A DNA stretch of 64,000 nucleotides. Origin: Octopus sinensis. Its lineage: Eukaryota. The position numbers were made by a program, and so were the translations under genes. A model generated the notes under the pieces. It searched no databases. It saw nothing but the letters and a program-made list of their open reading frames with translations, and was not told the DNA's origin. Shown one piece after another: positions 1 through 45,079 of this stretch (its first letter is position 1; each line of letters opens with the position of its first letter). The stretch spans positions 29,090,464-29,154,463 of the forward strand of contig NC_043011.1 in the NCBI RefSeq assembly GCF_006345805.1, read 5' to 3'.

Positions 1-189
1 GCCTTTCTTATTGTTCAGTTCAAATAAATTTTACAAACTTTTTAGGTTTTCAAAAACATCAACAGTATCAAATTGATTCAATTATCTCATTCTACTATAC
101 ACTTCCAATTGAATTTTTGCCTTTCTATCTTAGAAACCACTTGAAAATAAATGAAGAAATCAATCTCAAAGAAGGAACAAATGGGTAAT

Positions 190-940
190 AATTTCATACA
201 CAAGACTTACATCATCATCATTATCATCATCATCATCATTGTATTAATGTTTACTTTTAGGGTTAGAGAAATTTCAGGAATGGATGCAAGGACTGAAATA
301 CATAGACCTTATAGTTAATTTAGCAAATACCGAAGTATTAGTAAGCAGGAAAGCAGACAGGTTACAAATCCCTTCTGTGAAATGACCCTGTTCAATACGT
401 AGAAAAGGTGTAGGTAGAAGTTCCTTTCAATGTACCCAGTGCAAGCTACGAACACATAAGAGGTGCCGTGGAATTGCAGGAAGATTAACTGACAAAGTAG
501 TCTTTGTGTGTAGAAGATGTGCAGGTGGAATAAACACGAAGAATGTACAGGAAATAGATTTCCTCAAATGTCCAGGGGGGATCCTTGGAGATTGCAGATA
601 GTTTTCATTATCAAGGTGACCAAATTAGCAGCAGTGGAGGCTGCTCTGGAAGAACAGTGCACATATATACGACAAAGTGTAAATGTTTGAAAGAGAAAAA
701 CTGGGTGTAAGAGGCATCAGTTGTAGTGCGCAAGAGAGAAGATTCTGCTGCTATGGTCATGTGATGCTTATGGATGAGGACAGCTGCATAAAGAAGTGCT
801 AATCTCTAAATGTGGAGAGACTCTGTGGAAAAGGAAGACCCAGGAAGATGTAGGATGAAGTGGTGAGAAATGATCTTCAGCTCACAGAGGAAATGACAAA
901 GGACTGAGACAACTGGCAATATACTATGCTTGAGAAGACC
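190..940 (+). mobile_element. Degenerate RTE-type LINE 3' fragment
   Basis: Broken frames read ..RLC..GHVMLMDEDSCIKK...CGKGRPRK..DEVVR, the typical RTE ORF2 C-terminus; related fragments at about 22560-22810 and 25800-26140 (minus). Confidence 0.55.
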
Positions 941-1180
941 CACACAGAAAAAAAAAAATCCATGTATACAACACCCTCCCTACCCCACAACCTACCCGTG
1001 CTCACCATCAGTTTCCCCCTCCCCTCTATTTTCCCTTGCATGGAAAACAGACATTAAATGATAATGATGATGATGACAATGACGATAACAAGGAGGAGGA
1101 GGCGGATTTCAATAATAAACTCTATAAGAAATAAAGTCTTTCCTACTGACGAATGCTAGATAAAAAATGTTAGAAAAAAA

Positions 1181-1395
1181 GGCGGCGAGCTGGCAGAGAC
1201 GTTAGCAGCCAGACGAAATGCTCAGCGGTATTTCGTTTGCCGTTACATTCTGAGTTCAAATTCCGCCGAGGTCGACTTTGCCTTTCATCCTTTCAGGGTC
1301 GATTAAATAAGTACCAGTTACGCACTGGGGTCGATGTAATTGACTTAATACGTTTGTCCCCTCTGTGTTTAGCCCCTTGTGGGTAGTAAAGAAAT
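1181..1395 (+). mobile_element. Octopus OR/OK-type tRNA-derived SINE, family A (GGCGGCGAGCTGGCAG head); other copies about 16495-16875, 33330-33525, 39440-39865, 59565-59725 (-), 42438-42630, 55905-56090 (+)
   Basis: Recurrent GAGTTCAAATTCCGCCGAGGTCGACTTTGCCTTTCATCCTTTCGGGGTCGAT..AAGTACCAGTT. Confidence 0.85.
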
Positions 1396-1412
1396 AGAAT
1401 ACTATAACCTAC

Positions 1413-33069
<31,657 letters not shown>

Positions 33070-34899
33070 TTAGTAAAATTTAAACAACTAAATAGCTTAA
33101 GTAAAACATAATTGTCTTTTAACAATTGCTCAGTTGCTACAAGTATTAACTGTACCTCCTAACCTAGCAATTCTATATCATCTCACCTCAATAGCAAACA
33201 TAATTAGATGATCTACTAGATGGGGGGGGGGTAAATCTTTCTCAAATTACACTTTGTCATCTATGAAAAAAAGAGTGAGAAAGAGAGCACAGGATAATGT
33301 AGTCCTAGTCGATAAACATGAAAATAATAATCCATTCTACTATAGGCACAAGGCCTGAAATTTTGGAGGGAAATAAGTACGCAAAAGGTACTTACTTTAT
33401 CAACCCGGAATGGATGAAAGGCAAAGATGACCTCAGTAGAATTTGAACTCAGAACGTAATGATAGATAAAATGCCACTAAGCATTTTGTCCCGCATGCTA
33501 ATAATTCTACCAGCTTGCCGCCTTAAACCTGAAAATGATAATAAAGATATGAACGTTAAAGCTGCCAACCTGGGACTAACCATTAATGCATATAATGTAC
33601 AATATTCCTCTCTTACTTAACACCTTATTCAACTTCGATCAACAAGGCTGTTATTCTTTACAATCTCTTTCACCTCCCAAGTTCCCACGCCTACCTCAAT
33701 CTACTAACCTGCAACAATTTAAAACAAACTCATAACTTGATTAGATGAACAACTGATGTTTTGTATGTTTTCATAAAAAATTCTTATCATTTGAAGGAAG
33801 GCTTATAGGTAATTTAATGCATATTATAGTCAGGAGTGTTACAGGCAAATCTAACAACCCAGTCTTCGATGACACCATAGTGTTAATAATAACTTTCCAC
33901 ATAGCATAAAGAGTTCTCTTAACTGTAAATCAGAATGAACAGTTGACATTCATGTGGAGAATGCCTTGTCCACATTAAGAGATGTGGACTAGCCATGACA
34001 GAGAGGGAAGCCAATAATTTATCATAATGTGAGAAGCCTATCCCCAATAGACACTTTTTAAAATTATATTGCTAATATCCTATCCTCGGATATTCGAAAG
34101 TTGTCTAATTATCTTTTATTTACACTTTTACTTGTTTCAGTCATTTGATTGCGGCCATGCTGGAGCACCGCCTTTAATCGAGCAATTCGACCCCGGGACT
34201 TATTCTTTTGTAAGCCCAGTACTTACTCTATCTGTCTCTTTTGCCGAACTGCTAAGTGACAGGGACGTAAACACACCAGCATCGGTTGTCAAGCAATGCT
34301 AGGGGGACAAACACAGACACACAAACATATATATATATATATATACATATATATGACAGGCTTCTTTCAGTTTCCGTCTACCAAATCCACTCACAAGGCA
34401 TTGGTCGGCCCGGGGCTATAGCAGAAGACACTTGCCCAAGATGCCATGCAGTGGGACTGAACCCGGAACCATGTGGTTGGTTAGCAAGCTACTTACCACA
34501 CAGCCACTCCTTTGTTTCAGTAATGTGACCATGGCCATACTGGGGCACTCCTTGGAGTGTTTCATCAATTGAATTGATCCTACTACTTCTATTTTAATTT
34601 TAGGCTGGTTTCCCAGTTTTTGTGGTGTATATATTTTTCGCCCTGGACAGGACGCCAGTCCTTTCCAAGAATACTCAATTTTGCCAGCTGAGTGAACCTA
34701 AGCAATGTGAATTGAAGTTTTTGTGGCCAAGAACAAAAAGCATCGCCTGATCCAGGAATCGGGACCGCAATCTCATGATCATGAGTCCAAGATCCTAAGC
34801 ACTATGATGAAACTAAATAAAACAATATTCAAAAAGCAAAAAAGAATGAAAACAAAATTACTTTCCATGTTAATTTTATATTACAGAAGTTTATAACAC

Positions 34900-34953
<54 letters not shown>

Positions 34954-37900
34954 CAAAGGGTAAAATTAATTAATTAACTAGTAATTATTCTTCATCTCTG
35001 CCTGCATGGATTGTTTTCGAGTACTTTTGTTTTTGTCCGGGAATCTCTTTTTAAAGTAGAGGAAATAGCTAAGGTTCTCAGGCTGCTATTTCTAAACTTC
35101 GGTATGTGGTAAAGCAAATCTTTGCTGAGCCCTAATTATATATATATATATATATACACACACATCATATATATATATATATATATATACATACATCATA
35201 TATATATATACATACATACATCATATATATATACATACATACATCATATATATATATATACATACATACACACACACACACACATATATGCAAATTGACA
35301 AGATTACGAAACGTAAACAAAAATTTTAGTTGAAAAGTCCTGGCGTAACGACAGATTGGTGTCCCACCCGACTTGCTTTACACGTAGCTGTCAGAAAATT
35401 GCATATTTTTGAGTGAAAATTTGGAGAGAAGAGTTTGGGATTGTTGCTCCTCCTTCCTGTTGCAACTTTGTCACCACAAATTCCCGTAACTTTAGCATTT
35501 TAAACTTTTGGGGGAAAGGGAGAGTTTAACTTCATATGTTTGGAACATCAGCATAACGCTATCTATATTCTTTAAACGTATCTCTGCAAAATTTCATTTA
35601 AAATCATAAATTTTAAAGTGAGTGATGCAGAAAGAAACTTGGGAGGGATGGAGAATGATTGTTTTTTGTTTTTTTTAAATATATTATCAACGTAATCGTA
35701 ATCTACATTCTCGAAAATGTATCTACGCAAAATTTTATTGAAAAATATGCAACTTTCAGAACGTTGTGCGAAGACAAATTCAAGTGGAGCACCAATCTGT
35801 AGTTACGCCTCTAAAGATTTGTTTAAAAAAAAAATAGAATGGAGTTATTTCCCTTGCAGTGGGTTATTTCTTCAACTTGTCGTAAAGTTATTTCATTCAT
35901 ACTAACGGTGTATGAAACTGTTTTTCACGGGAGAGAGTCGATACTAATACAGAATTTACCGTAGTATATTAGATATCCATTCTGTTGACACCAGAGAAAT
36001 GAAAGGAAGAAGTCGACTTCAACAAGAACGTTAAGATACTTACACCCAAGTGATGGGACATGAATGATATATTTAGCTTTTATTTAAAATAACAAGAAAA
36101 TACTTATACAGAACCTAATTTAAGAGGCGAGGAATGTTAGGCGCTCTGTAGTGTGATCGGTAATGCAGTCACCCAGTAAGTAATCTCGACATACCTACAC
36201 AAGTCCCTCGCCCGCCCAACAAACCGATTTTGTTTCAGAAAAATGGTTATGTTTTCACGAAACTTTCCAAACACCTTTCAGATTGTGTAGATTCTGATTA
36301 TATTCGTTGTGAAAAATTTTTTTTTTTCTTTTTTCGGAGTAGAAAAAGTTTCGGATAAGTCGGTTTTGTTTCCTCATAACTTTCAGAAAAATTCGCATTT
36401 TTTAATGAAATTTTAAACAAATACCTTTCAGCTAGTGCAGATTCAAATTATACCAGAATTTAATGCGCACCCCCCCCCCTCAGTTTTTTGTAAAAATTTC
36501 TAGTTTTATTTTGTAAATAATTATATCATGTCACGATTTTTAAAATATTCTTTTTATTATTATTATTAAATTCCCATATAATCGTAATCCACACTATCTG
36601 AAACGCTTTTGTAGAAAATTTCATTAAATACACATTTCTCTGAAATATACGCGGAAACAAAGTTATCTCGTGTGAATTATCTGTAACTCCTTTCTTCTCA
36701 CTCTTCCGAAAAATTTTCACAAATTCCGATATAATCACGATCTGGTAATTGTTCAGTTTGGTTAGATTAAAAAAGTAAATAAAAATTAAGGGAGGAGTAT
36801 GTCAACTTTTGTATCTTTTCTTTTTGAAAAAAATCCTCGACACCAGTGCGTAATTGGTACTTAATTTATCGACCCCGAAACGATGAAACATTGCCCCCCC
36901 CCCTCTGTGCAAATTTGTTGCGGCAAGTGGCAAAACACGAACGTGTATTTTTGCTTGTGTGCGTATGTATGTCCGTTTGTATGTGTGAGTATGCTTATAA
37001 ATTACTATGTGCTTGTGCAAATGTGTGTGTGTCGTGCGTCTGCTATATTTCTTTATCAATATCGATAACGCAGCAATGTTGGGATTTCATTGGTTAAAAT
37101 TCGTAAAAGTTAAACTACGTTTAAGTTACAAATTACAATTTTGTTTAGAATAATGTTTTCTTTTGACATATTCTACCAGTATACGAAGTTTCAAATTTTT
37201 TAGTTAACAAGGAAAATCTGGCCTTCAAAAAGAAAAGATCCCAACTTTTTACAAACTGGTGAAAAATGAACGGTAACGAACAGATTTGCTTCTTTTACAA
37301 CGCTTGCAGTGCCATAATTAGTCGATGCCGTGCCAACCACTGAGGAATGTTGTCTCCAGCTTTTCCTAACTGAATGACAGTCCACAGTTCCTCTAAGATT
37401 GATTCGTCCCTTTGCTTTAATTTTAATTTACTTTTTTAATGTAACCAAACAGAACAATTACCTCAGAATCTATACCATCTGAAAGGTGTCTATAGAAAAT
37501 TTCATTACAAAATATCCATTTTTTGTAAGTTATGAGGAAACAAAGTCGGTGGTAGTGGTGGTGAGGGTACACTTGCAGCTATCAAAAAACGTGAGAGTGG
37601 AAAGTGTGTTCAAGTATCTCAGCTACATTTCAAATGCCCATTGTTAATGCTTTTCTTGCTAAGCCATGATTGAGCAAATCAATGATCAATGATTAAAGTA
37701 TGATTCAGGTTACATTATCCTGTGTCCTTCCTTTTTTAAGTTTCGTGTGTGGTTTGAGGTACACTCGACTGTTACTTCCAGCAGATCGAGCAACAACGTA
37801 AAGATCCAGTTAATAATTTAGAATTAGAAAGATGTTTCAATACAATTGAAATGCAGACACAGATAGAAAAACAAGAAATATTTAATAGAACATTCAATTT

Positions 37901-37971
37901 CGCAATTCTAAGGAATACGCTTTACATATCACATTTTGTAAAGGAGGTAGTATTTTTGGGGGAAGGGGAGG

Positions 37972-38290
37972 TACATGGCTCAGTGGTTAGAGCGTCGAGC
38001 TTATGATCGTGAGGTTGTGAGTTCGAATCCCGGACAGGGCTGCGTGTTGTGTTCTTGAGCAAGACACTTTATTTCACGTTGCTCCAGTTCACTCAGCTGT
38101 AGAAATGAGTTGCGACGTCACTGGTGCCAAGTTTTGCCTTTCCCTTGGATAACATTGGTGGTGTGGAGAGGGGAGTCTGGTATGTATGAGCGACTGCTGG
38201 TCTTCCATAAACAACCTTGCCCGGACTTGTGCCTGGGAGGGTAACTTTCTAGGTGCAATCCCATGGTCAGTCATGACCAAAGGGGTCTCA
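37972..38290 (+). mobile_element. tRNA-derived SINE with core domain
   Basis: TGGCTCAGTGGTTAGAGCG...GAGTTCGAATCCCGG followed by TGTTCTTGAGCAAGACACTTTAT; no acceptor stem. Confidence 0.7.
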
Positions 38291-39881
38291 GCATCTCAGT
38301 TGGGTGGGTGGGGGAGGCTTTTTTGTTGTTTATCGAGGAAAAGGAATTTGCACTCACACATACATAAATTCAAGTATTTAAATTTCATAAGCATTTCAGA
38401 TACAGAGTAGGTTAGATTGCTATATAATGACTGACATTCAAAAATATTTTTATCGAAATGGTTAAGTTAACCACCCGCACCCCAATTCACTAGCGGAATA
38501 TCTTTGCTGAAATATATTTTTAAAAATTTCGGCTGTGTGGTAAGTAGCTTGCTAACCAACCACATGGTTCCGGGTTCAGTCCCACTGCGTGGCATCTTGG
38601 GCAAGTGTCTTCTGCTATAGCCCCGGGCCGACCAATGCCTTGTGAGTGGATTTGGTAGACGGAAACTGAAAGAAGCCTGTCGTATATATGTATATATATA
38701 AGTGTGTGTGTATATGTTTGTGTGTCCGTGTTTGTCCCCCTAGCATTGCTTGACAACCGATGCTGGTGTGTTTACGTCCCCGTCACTTAGCGGTTCGGCA
38801 AAAGAGACCGATAGAATAAGTACTGGGCTTACAAAGAATAAGTCCCGGGGTCGATTTGCTCGACTCAAGGCGGTGCTCCAGCATGGCCGCAGTCAAATGA
38901 CTGAAACAAGTAAAAGAGTAAAAGAGTAAATGTTATTATGTACTTAAACAACAGACAACGAGTAAGAAAGAATACGTGAAAAAGGCATATAATAAACACA
39001 GACAATAAGCGCTAAAACCAGACCAGATACGTAAAATCCTAAGTCAAAGTGGAGAACGGAATCCAAGCAAACGAGGTCGCAAACTTAAAGAATGAGAATA
39101 TGAATATGAAAAATTCAAATAAAGGAAAAAATTAAGGAATAAGCTTTGCATATCACGTTTTACAAAGGAGGTCATGCCATTAACTACCGTCTATGCACTT
39201 ATATTTTATTGATTAAAAAAATTTCCCAGAAATGGTTTCAACAGTTTTAACAGAAAGATTTGGAAGAATTAGGTGAAAGTTCTGCAGTAATTTTCTTCCA
39301 TGCATGTATGTTATATATGAAAATAAAATACTTTTGAGGCTCTCTACAAGACAACGTTTTGATGATCTCACTGATTTATTTACAGTTAGGAAATTATTTA
39401 TTATTTTAGCTTTCTTTAATAATATATCTATTTCTTTATTACCCACAAGGGGCTAAACACAGAGGACAGACATAGGTATTAAGTCGATTACATCGACCCC
39501 CAGTGCGTAACTGGTACTTAATTTATCGACCCCGAAAGGATGAAAGGCAAAGTCGACATCGGCGGAATTTGAACTCAGAACGTAGCGGCAGACGAAATGC
39601 TGCTAAGCATTTCACCCGGTGTGCTAACGATTCTGCCAGCTCGCCGCTTTTAATAATATACCTATTTCTTTACTACAGAGAGGACAAACGGATTAAGTTG
39701 ATTATATCGACCTCAGTGCGTAACTGGTACTTATTTAATCGACCCCGAAAGGATGAAAGGCAAAGTCGACCTCGGCGGAATTTGAACTCAGAACGTAGCG
39801 GCAGACGAAATGCTGCTAAGCATTACACCCGGTGTGCTAACGTTTCTGCCAGCTCGCCGCCTTTAATAATATACCGTCACT

Positions 39882-40144
39882 GGTACTACTTAAGAAGAGT
39901 GGTCCCGGTGCGCGCACTCGCGCATCCGCACGAGCTAGTCGTGCGTAGTCGATCCTTACTTTGTGTTTTATTTACTTTGTTTAAAAAAATTATTTACTTT
40001 GTGTTTTATTTACTTTGTTTTAAAAAAAATTATTTATTTTGTGTTTTATTTACTTTGCTAGGTAGTCGTAGGATCGACTAGTCACGACTAGCTAGCTCGG
40101 ATATGCGAGAGCGCGCACCGGGACCACTCTTTATAAGTAGTACC
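39882..40144. mobile_element. MITE with about 75-bp TIRs and 8-bp target duplication (Merlin-like)
   Basis: TIR GGTACTACTT..AAGAGTGGTCCCGGTGCGCGC..; flanks CCGTCACT (39874-39881) / CTGTCACT (40145-40152); internal T-rich tandem repeat. Confidence 0.75.
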
Positions 40145-42738
40145 CTGTCACTTAATGCTGACTTTACTAAAAAAAAAGTCTCGACTTCATCCAAAAACTT
40201 AGTAATAGCAAAATAGTAGCGTAGAGAAAGTATCTGATTACTGTCTCTGTCTCCCATTGATTCAGTACTGCATGCTGCAAGCATTGTTTGTACACGTCTG
40301 CGTGTGTATGTTGGCGCGTATATTTGTTAGTATGCGTTGATGCGTGTTCTCATGCTGCGTGTAATGTGTATTACAGAATATTTTGATTCAGTTTACAAAA
40401 TTGGACTCTTGGTACCTAACATTCAGGGAATAAATACTCTAAAAAAAAAATAATATTTGTCTGGTTGATACATTTTACAGAACGCTCATTTAAAACAACC
40501 ATCTAATGGGTTCCTAGACAGGAGGAGTGTCTGTGAAAGAATTAAATTTTTACTACTCGTTTTAATTGTTATCTAAAGTTTATTTGTCAGCCTACTATTT
40601 TTTTTCTTTCTCATCATTTAGGCGGTAAGCTGGCAGAATTGTTGGCACATAAGACAAGATGTTTATCATTACCAGCATTGCGTTGAATCAATAGCAAAGA
40701 CTTGAATATCAACATCCAGGCCTAAATAGATGTGAATAGGTACCAACAACGATATAGGATCCACTGTTACAGAAAACTTGCATGATGTAAAATTGACATT
40801 TATTTTATGTTTGGAATGCTCAACTCAAATTCATCTATTGGAAGAAAAAAAAAAACCCTGCAGGATGCTGTGCCATTGGCGAGAGAATTGTATATTAAAC
40901 TGTGTAACACCTTCAAAACTGAGAATGGGTTCTCAGTATTGCGAGGAGGGTAAAAATAAAAGGAATTTAAAGTAAATACTCATCATATCAAACTAATCAT
41001 AATCTTAACTTTCAAATGAACTGAAGTGATAAAATCCAATTCGATCTGCAACTCCAAAAGTAGTTATATACTTATTTTCCATCGAGTCCGTTCGTTCGAT
41101 TTTTTATAACACTGATCTTGTTTTATTGTCATGAAGTGTGACATGCCAAATTCATCTCTTTCAAACTAGATATCGTCTGCACTACTCCTATAACTATTTT
41201 TTTTTAATACATAAATTCAAAAGTTGCAAACCTTTCCAGCCAACACAGTCACTCGTCTTGCAAGTAGTAGTAACCATAAACCAAAAATCGATAATAGATA
41301 CACTTTGACTGAAAAAATATATAGGATGGTCACAACTGGAATGCCTTTAATCATACGTCCGCTCCACCTAGACTGACCTGGAGTTAAACGGTTACAACAA
41401 TGGCAAGGCATGAAATGGAAACTTCAATGATGTTATAATATAGTAGCGACAGCACTAGCCAAATTTTGGCAAATTCTTGCTCGTACATGCACAAGAATTG
41501 TGTACAATTCATTTCAAACTCATTCAAAACAATGAACCTGTTTAGCTAGTTTCTTTGTGTTAGACATGAACGTTAAAACCTCACTCTATTTCTTCTTTTT
41601 CTTTCAGTTCCCCGTGTGTTCACCAGCATACGAAGAATGGAATATAAGAAATCAATGTTATTAAATAAAGAGCACGAGTTATGGTATTGCGCAAGATTCA
41701 ATAAACTTAGTATTTAGTTATATATCTCAAGTATGTGAGTTTAAAATTCCATCTTTCGTTCTTCCAGGATCGATAAAGCAAAACTGTTATCAACAATATA
41801 CCGGAATCGATTCGCGATTCTGGTATATTGTTGCATAGCAAATATCAATATTGTGTCAAATCTATTGAAAAGAAATCGTTTTGAAATAAATATATTTCAG
41901 CTTTCGTTGTTATTGTTTTTTGTTTTGTTTTTCACGATTTCTTTATAAAACCGATTCATTCTTCTAAAATGAAACTCAATGAAATGTGAAAATTATTCAA
42001 CACATCTGCGCTGTTTGTTAAAAGCCACATAAATACATGCATATACACGCACGCATATACACACACACACTGACCCAAACACGAATCATAATAAAAAATA
42101 TATATATACAAAGCTCGGCTAAAATATATTATAAACTTCAATAAAAAAAAAAATTCTGTATAAATAAAATGTGGTTACCGAAGGACGAATAGCTGATCAT
42201 AAATAAGTCTTCTACGTAAAGGAAAATAAACAAGTAAGCCCCTAAATGTAACTAAGCGCACATGTCTTTTCATCAGAGCAACAAAGGAGCCAAGAGATTC
42301 TATGCATCACTAGGAACGCCACGGTAACGCAGCACTAAACACTAAAGAATGCGTCAAGGGAGAGAACATGTCTAACAATCTACCTCGCTGCTACTTGTAT
42401 ATGCGCTGAATTTTATTATTGCAAAATATTAAGGTGACGAGTTGGCGGCGGGATCATTTAAGCACGCCGGAAAATGTTTAAACAGTATTTCTTCCGACTC
42501 GAGTTCAAATTCCGCCGAGGTCTTCCTAGCCTTTCATCCTTTCGGGGGTCGATAAAATAAGTACCAGTCGATGTAATCGACTTGTTCCCTCCACCAAAAT
42601 TTCAGGCTTTGTGCCTATAGTAGGAAAAATTATTACGAAGACCGTGCCACTTCTGTAACATTCCAAAGTTTCAAAATTATGGAAAATGTCTTTTGTTTTT
42701 TTTGTTTTTTTTTAATATTTATAAACTACCAGTTACAA

Positions 42739-43390
42739 TTCTAGGATAGACTTCCTCCCGCCCCGCCCCTATTTTATCGCAAATTATTGCTTTAAATTTT
42801 TTTTTTCCCCAAAAAAACCCACGTTTTCGGATACGGAGATTCCGGGAAATTGCCAAAAATCGGAATTTTGAAATTGATTGCCCCCTTTACCCCCCCCCCC
42901 CAATTTCTTCATTTAATTTTTTTCCGTAACCCTAACCCTAAAACCCCAACCTTAACCCTGAAACCCTAAACCTAAAACCTTAACCGTAACCATAACCCTA
43001 AATCCTAACCCTAACTCTAACCGTAAGTAGAAAAACTTTTGGATTTTTTTTTTCAGAATCATAATCTCCGGATTTTTCCGCATATTTTGACAAAAAAAAA
43101 AAAAAATTTTGTGAAAAAAATTTTACAAAAATTTTTGGAAATTCTTTCAGAATCATTCATTATCTCTGTATTTTACCGCATATTTTGAAAGAAAAAAAAA
43201 TTGTGAAAATAAGTTGAAAATGAAGAATTTAGGGGTGGGAGGAATTTAAAAATGCCAATTTTTTTTGCAGATTCGTATTCTCCGTAGCCGAAAACGGGGG
43301 TTTGTTTAGAAAAAAAATTAAATTTTAAAAAAAGGGGTGTTTGGGGGGGGGGCGGTACAAAAGGAAATCTTGCTCAATTCTATCCCTAAA
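42739..43390. mobile_element. Foldback element with central degenerate (CCCTAA)n array; other copies 50212-50824 and partial 58771-59160
   Basis: Imperfect terminal and nested inverted repeats; shared internal motifs TTTTCAGAATCATAA and TTTTG(C/T)AGATTCGTATTC. Confidence 0.7.
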
Positions 43391-43649
43391 GTTTAAAATC
43401 AGCCCACCAGAACATGATTCATATTTTTATTAAATTTTGCTATTCCATAGTGATAAAATTTTATCGCGGTAAATCAATTTAAAAGTAGAATTTATCAAGA
43501 ATATCGTCACTGACAATCGAGGAAATTAAAGAGGCAAAACAGAAGCGGCAAGGATACAATAAAATGCCAAGGAAAACAGTATTATTTAACGAATAACCTA
43601 ACGTTAAAACACTATGATCCCAAACAAATATTTTATTTCTAAAGCTCTA

Positions 43650-44013
43650 TCTCTCTCTATATAAACGGCAGTTTGTGTCTGTGTGTCTGTTAGGTTGTAC
43701 CCTCACCCTGACCACGGCTTTCAACCGATTCTGATGAAACTTGACACACACATAGCCCAATGTCATAATTCAGCGAAAATTTTGAAAAGTTCCCCCAGTT
43801 CTGAAAAAAATCGATAAATTCGACATGGGGTCGAGAATCAGAAACACAAACCACAGACTGTCTAGAGGACGCAACTCGACCTTTTTTACTCTCAAAAAAA
43901 AATTTACCATCATTTTTTTTCCATTTTTTTGCTATTCTTTGGCTATAACTCTCTAAAAATGCTTTATAGTTATTTCCCTTACAAACCCGAGCAACGCCGG
44001 GCGATACTGCTAG
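43650..44013 (+). mobile_element. Non-autonomous Helitron, related subfamily (same 3' end, different 5' body)
   Basis: A|TCTCTCTCTATATAAA...GCAACGCCGGGCGATACTGCTAG|T. Confidence 0.75.
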
Positions 44014-45079
44014 TACACCATAAATAGCGTTGTGTATAAGGTCTACCTACACAACACTATATTTTACGAACCAGCGAAGGTAGTTCGAGTGGTTGATCGA
44101 CTCGTTAAAACAATACAGTTCTCCCTCAAGTCACATCCCGTCGCCTTCAAAAGAAAAGTGGTGGGGAGGACATTGGATAGTGTCCTGGCCCACTGAATAT
44201 ACTTATACACCGAGCCTAAAAATTAAATGCGACGATCGCCGTCAAAACATTGTTGCTCTATTCTATTAGGGCTGCGTCCCCAAAGTCCATCACCTCCTCA
44301 CCGTGGTGGGGACGCTGGTAACGGGTAGTGTCTGAGCTATGCCGTCGGGAACTTCGGTTCCTGGTAGGGCCACCCAAGGCGGATTGGTCTGACACCGAGT
44401 GGTATTAGGGCCATAACCCGGCAGACGGGGGCTCTGGTGAAAATCCTCGGAGTGTCTGTTTCGGCAACTGGCGGCTCCTCGGTCGTTCTGTCCCTGCGTC
44501 CGCAGACAATCTGCGGCAAACAGGATGTCTCCACATGCGGGATTGTTGGGGACCGCTTGTGAAATCCACATATTCCCACGAAACTTCTTTCAACTTCTTC
44601 GAGATGCCTCGAGGGCGGTAGAAGAAGCCGGCTCAACCCGCCCAGGGTGAATGTCGCCACAAGTACAGGTACTATTAGGGCTGACCTGGAGTTAAATATC
44701 AACCGCGCTGTTTTTAAAGAAGTGGTAGGTTATGTCTAAACTGAAATAAAATGGTGACGAAAAACTAAGCTGTTGATTTATTAGAAAGAGTCCTTGAAAG
44801 ATTTCCTGAATGCAACATTTGTTGTTGGAATAAGGAAAATATCACGCAACTGTATTTCGATCTCCGTTCAACATCAAACGGTGGATTAAAATGAAAAGGA
44901 ATACGAAAATATGCATAGATTTAACTACAATGGTATAAAAATTGAACCACGTTCAATACTGATTGCAAAAAAAGATTCTGGTAGGATAGTTAGAGCTGGG
45001 CAAGGTTCGGTTCCAATTGGGCCCTAATTTTTTCATTCGCTTCCATGTTTGTTTATGTATACAATATGATTTGCTATTA

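Noticed and set aside
37972-38045. tRNA-like sequence with A and B boxes (also 12550-12625)
   Set aside because: No acceptor stem and continues into a SINE body; not a tRNA gene.
41608-41672. Plus-strand acceptor-like site, short frame (FPVCSPAYEEWNIRNQCY*) and AATAAA
   Set aside because: No upstream exons or homology found; cannot support a gene.
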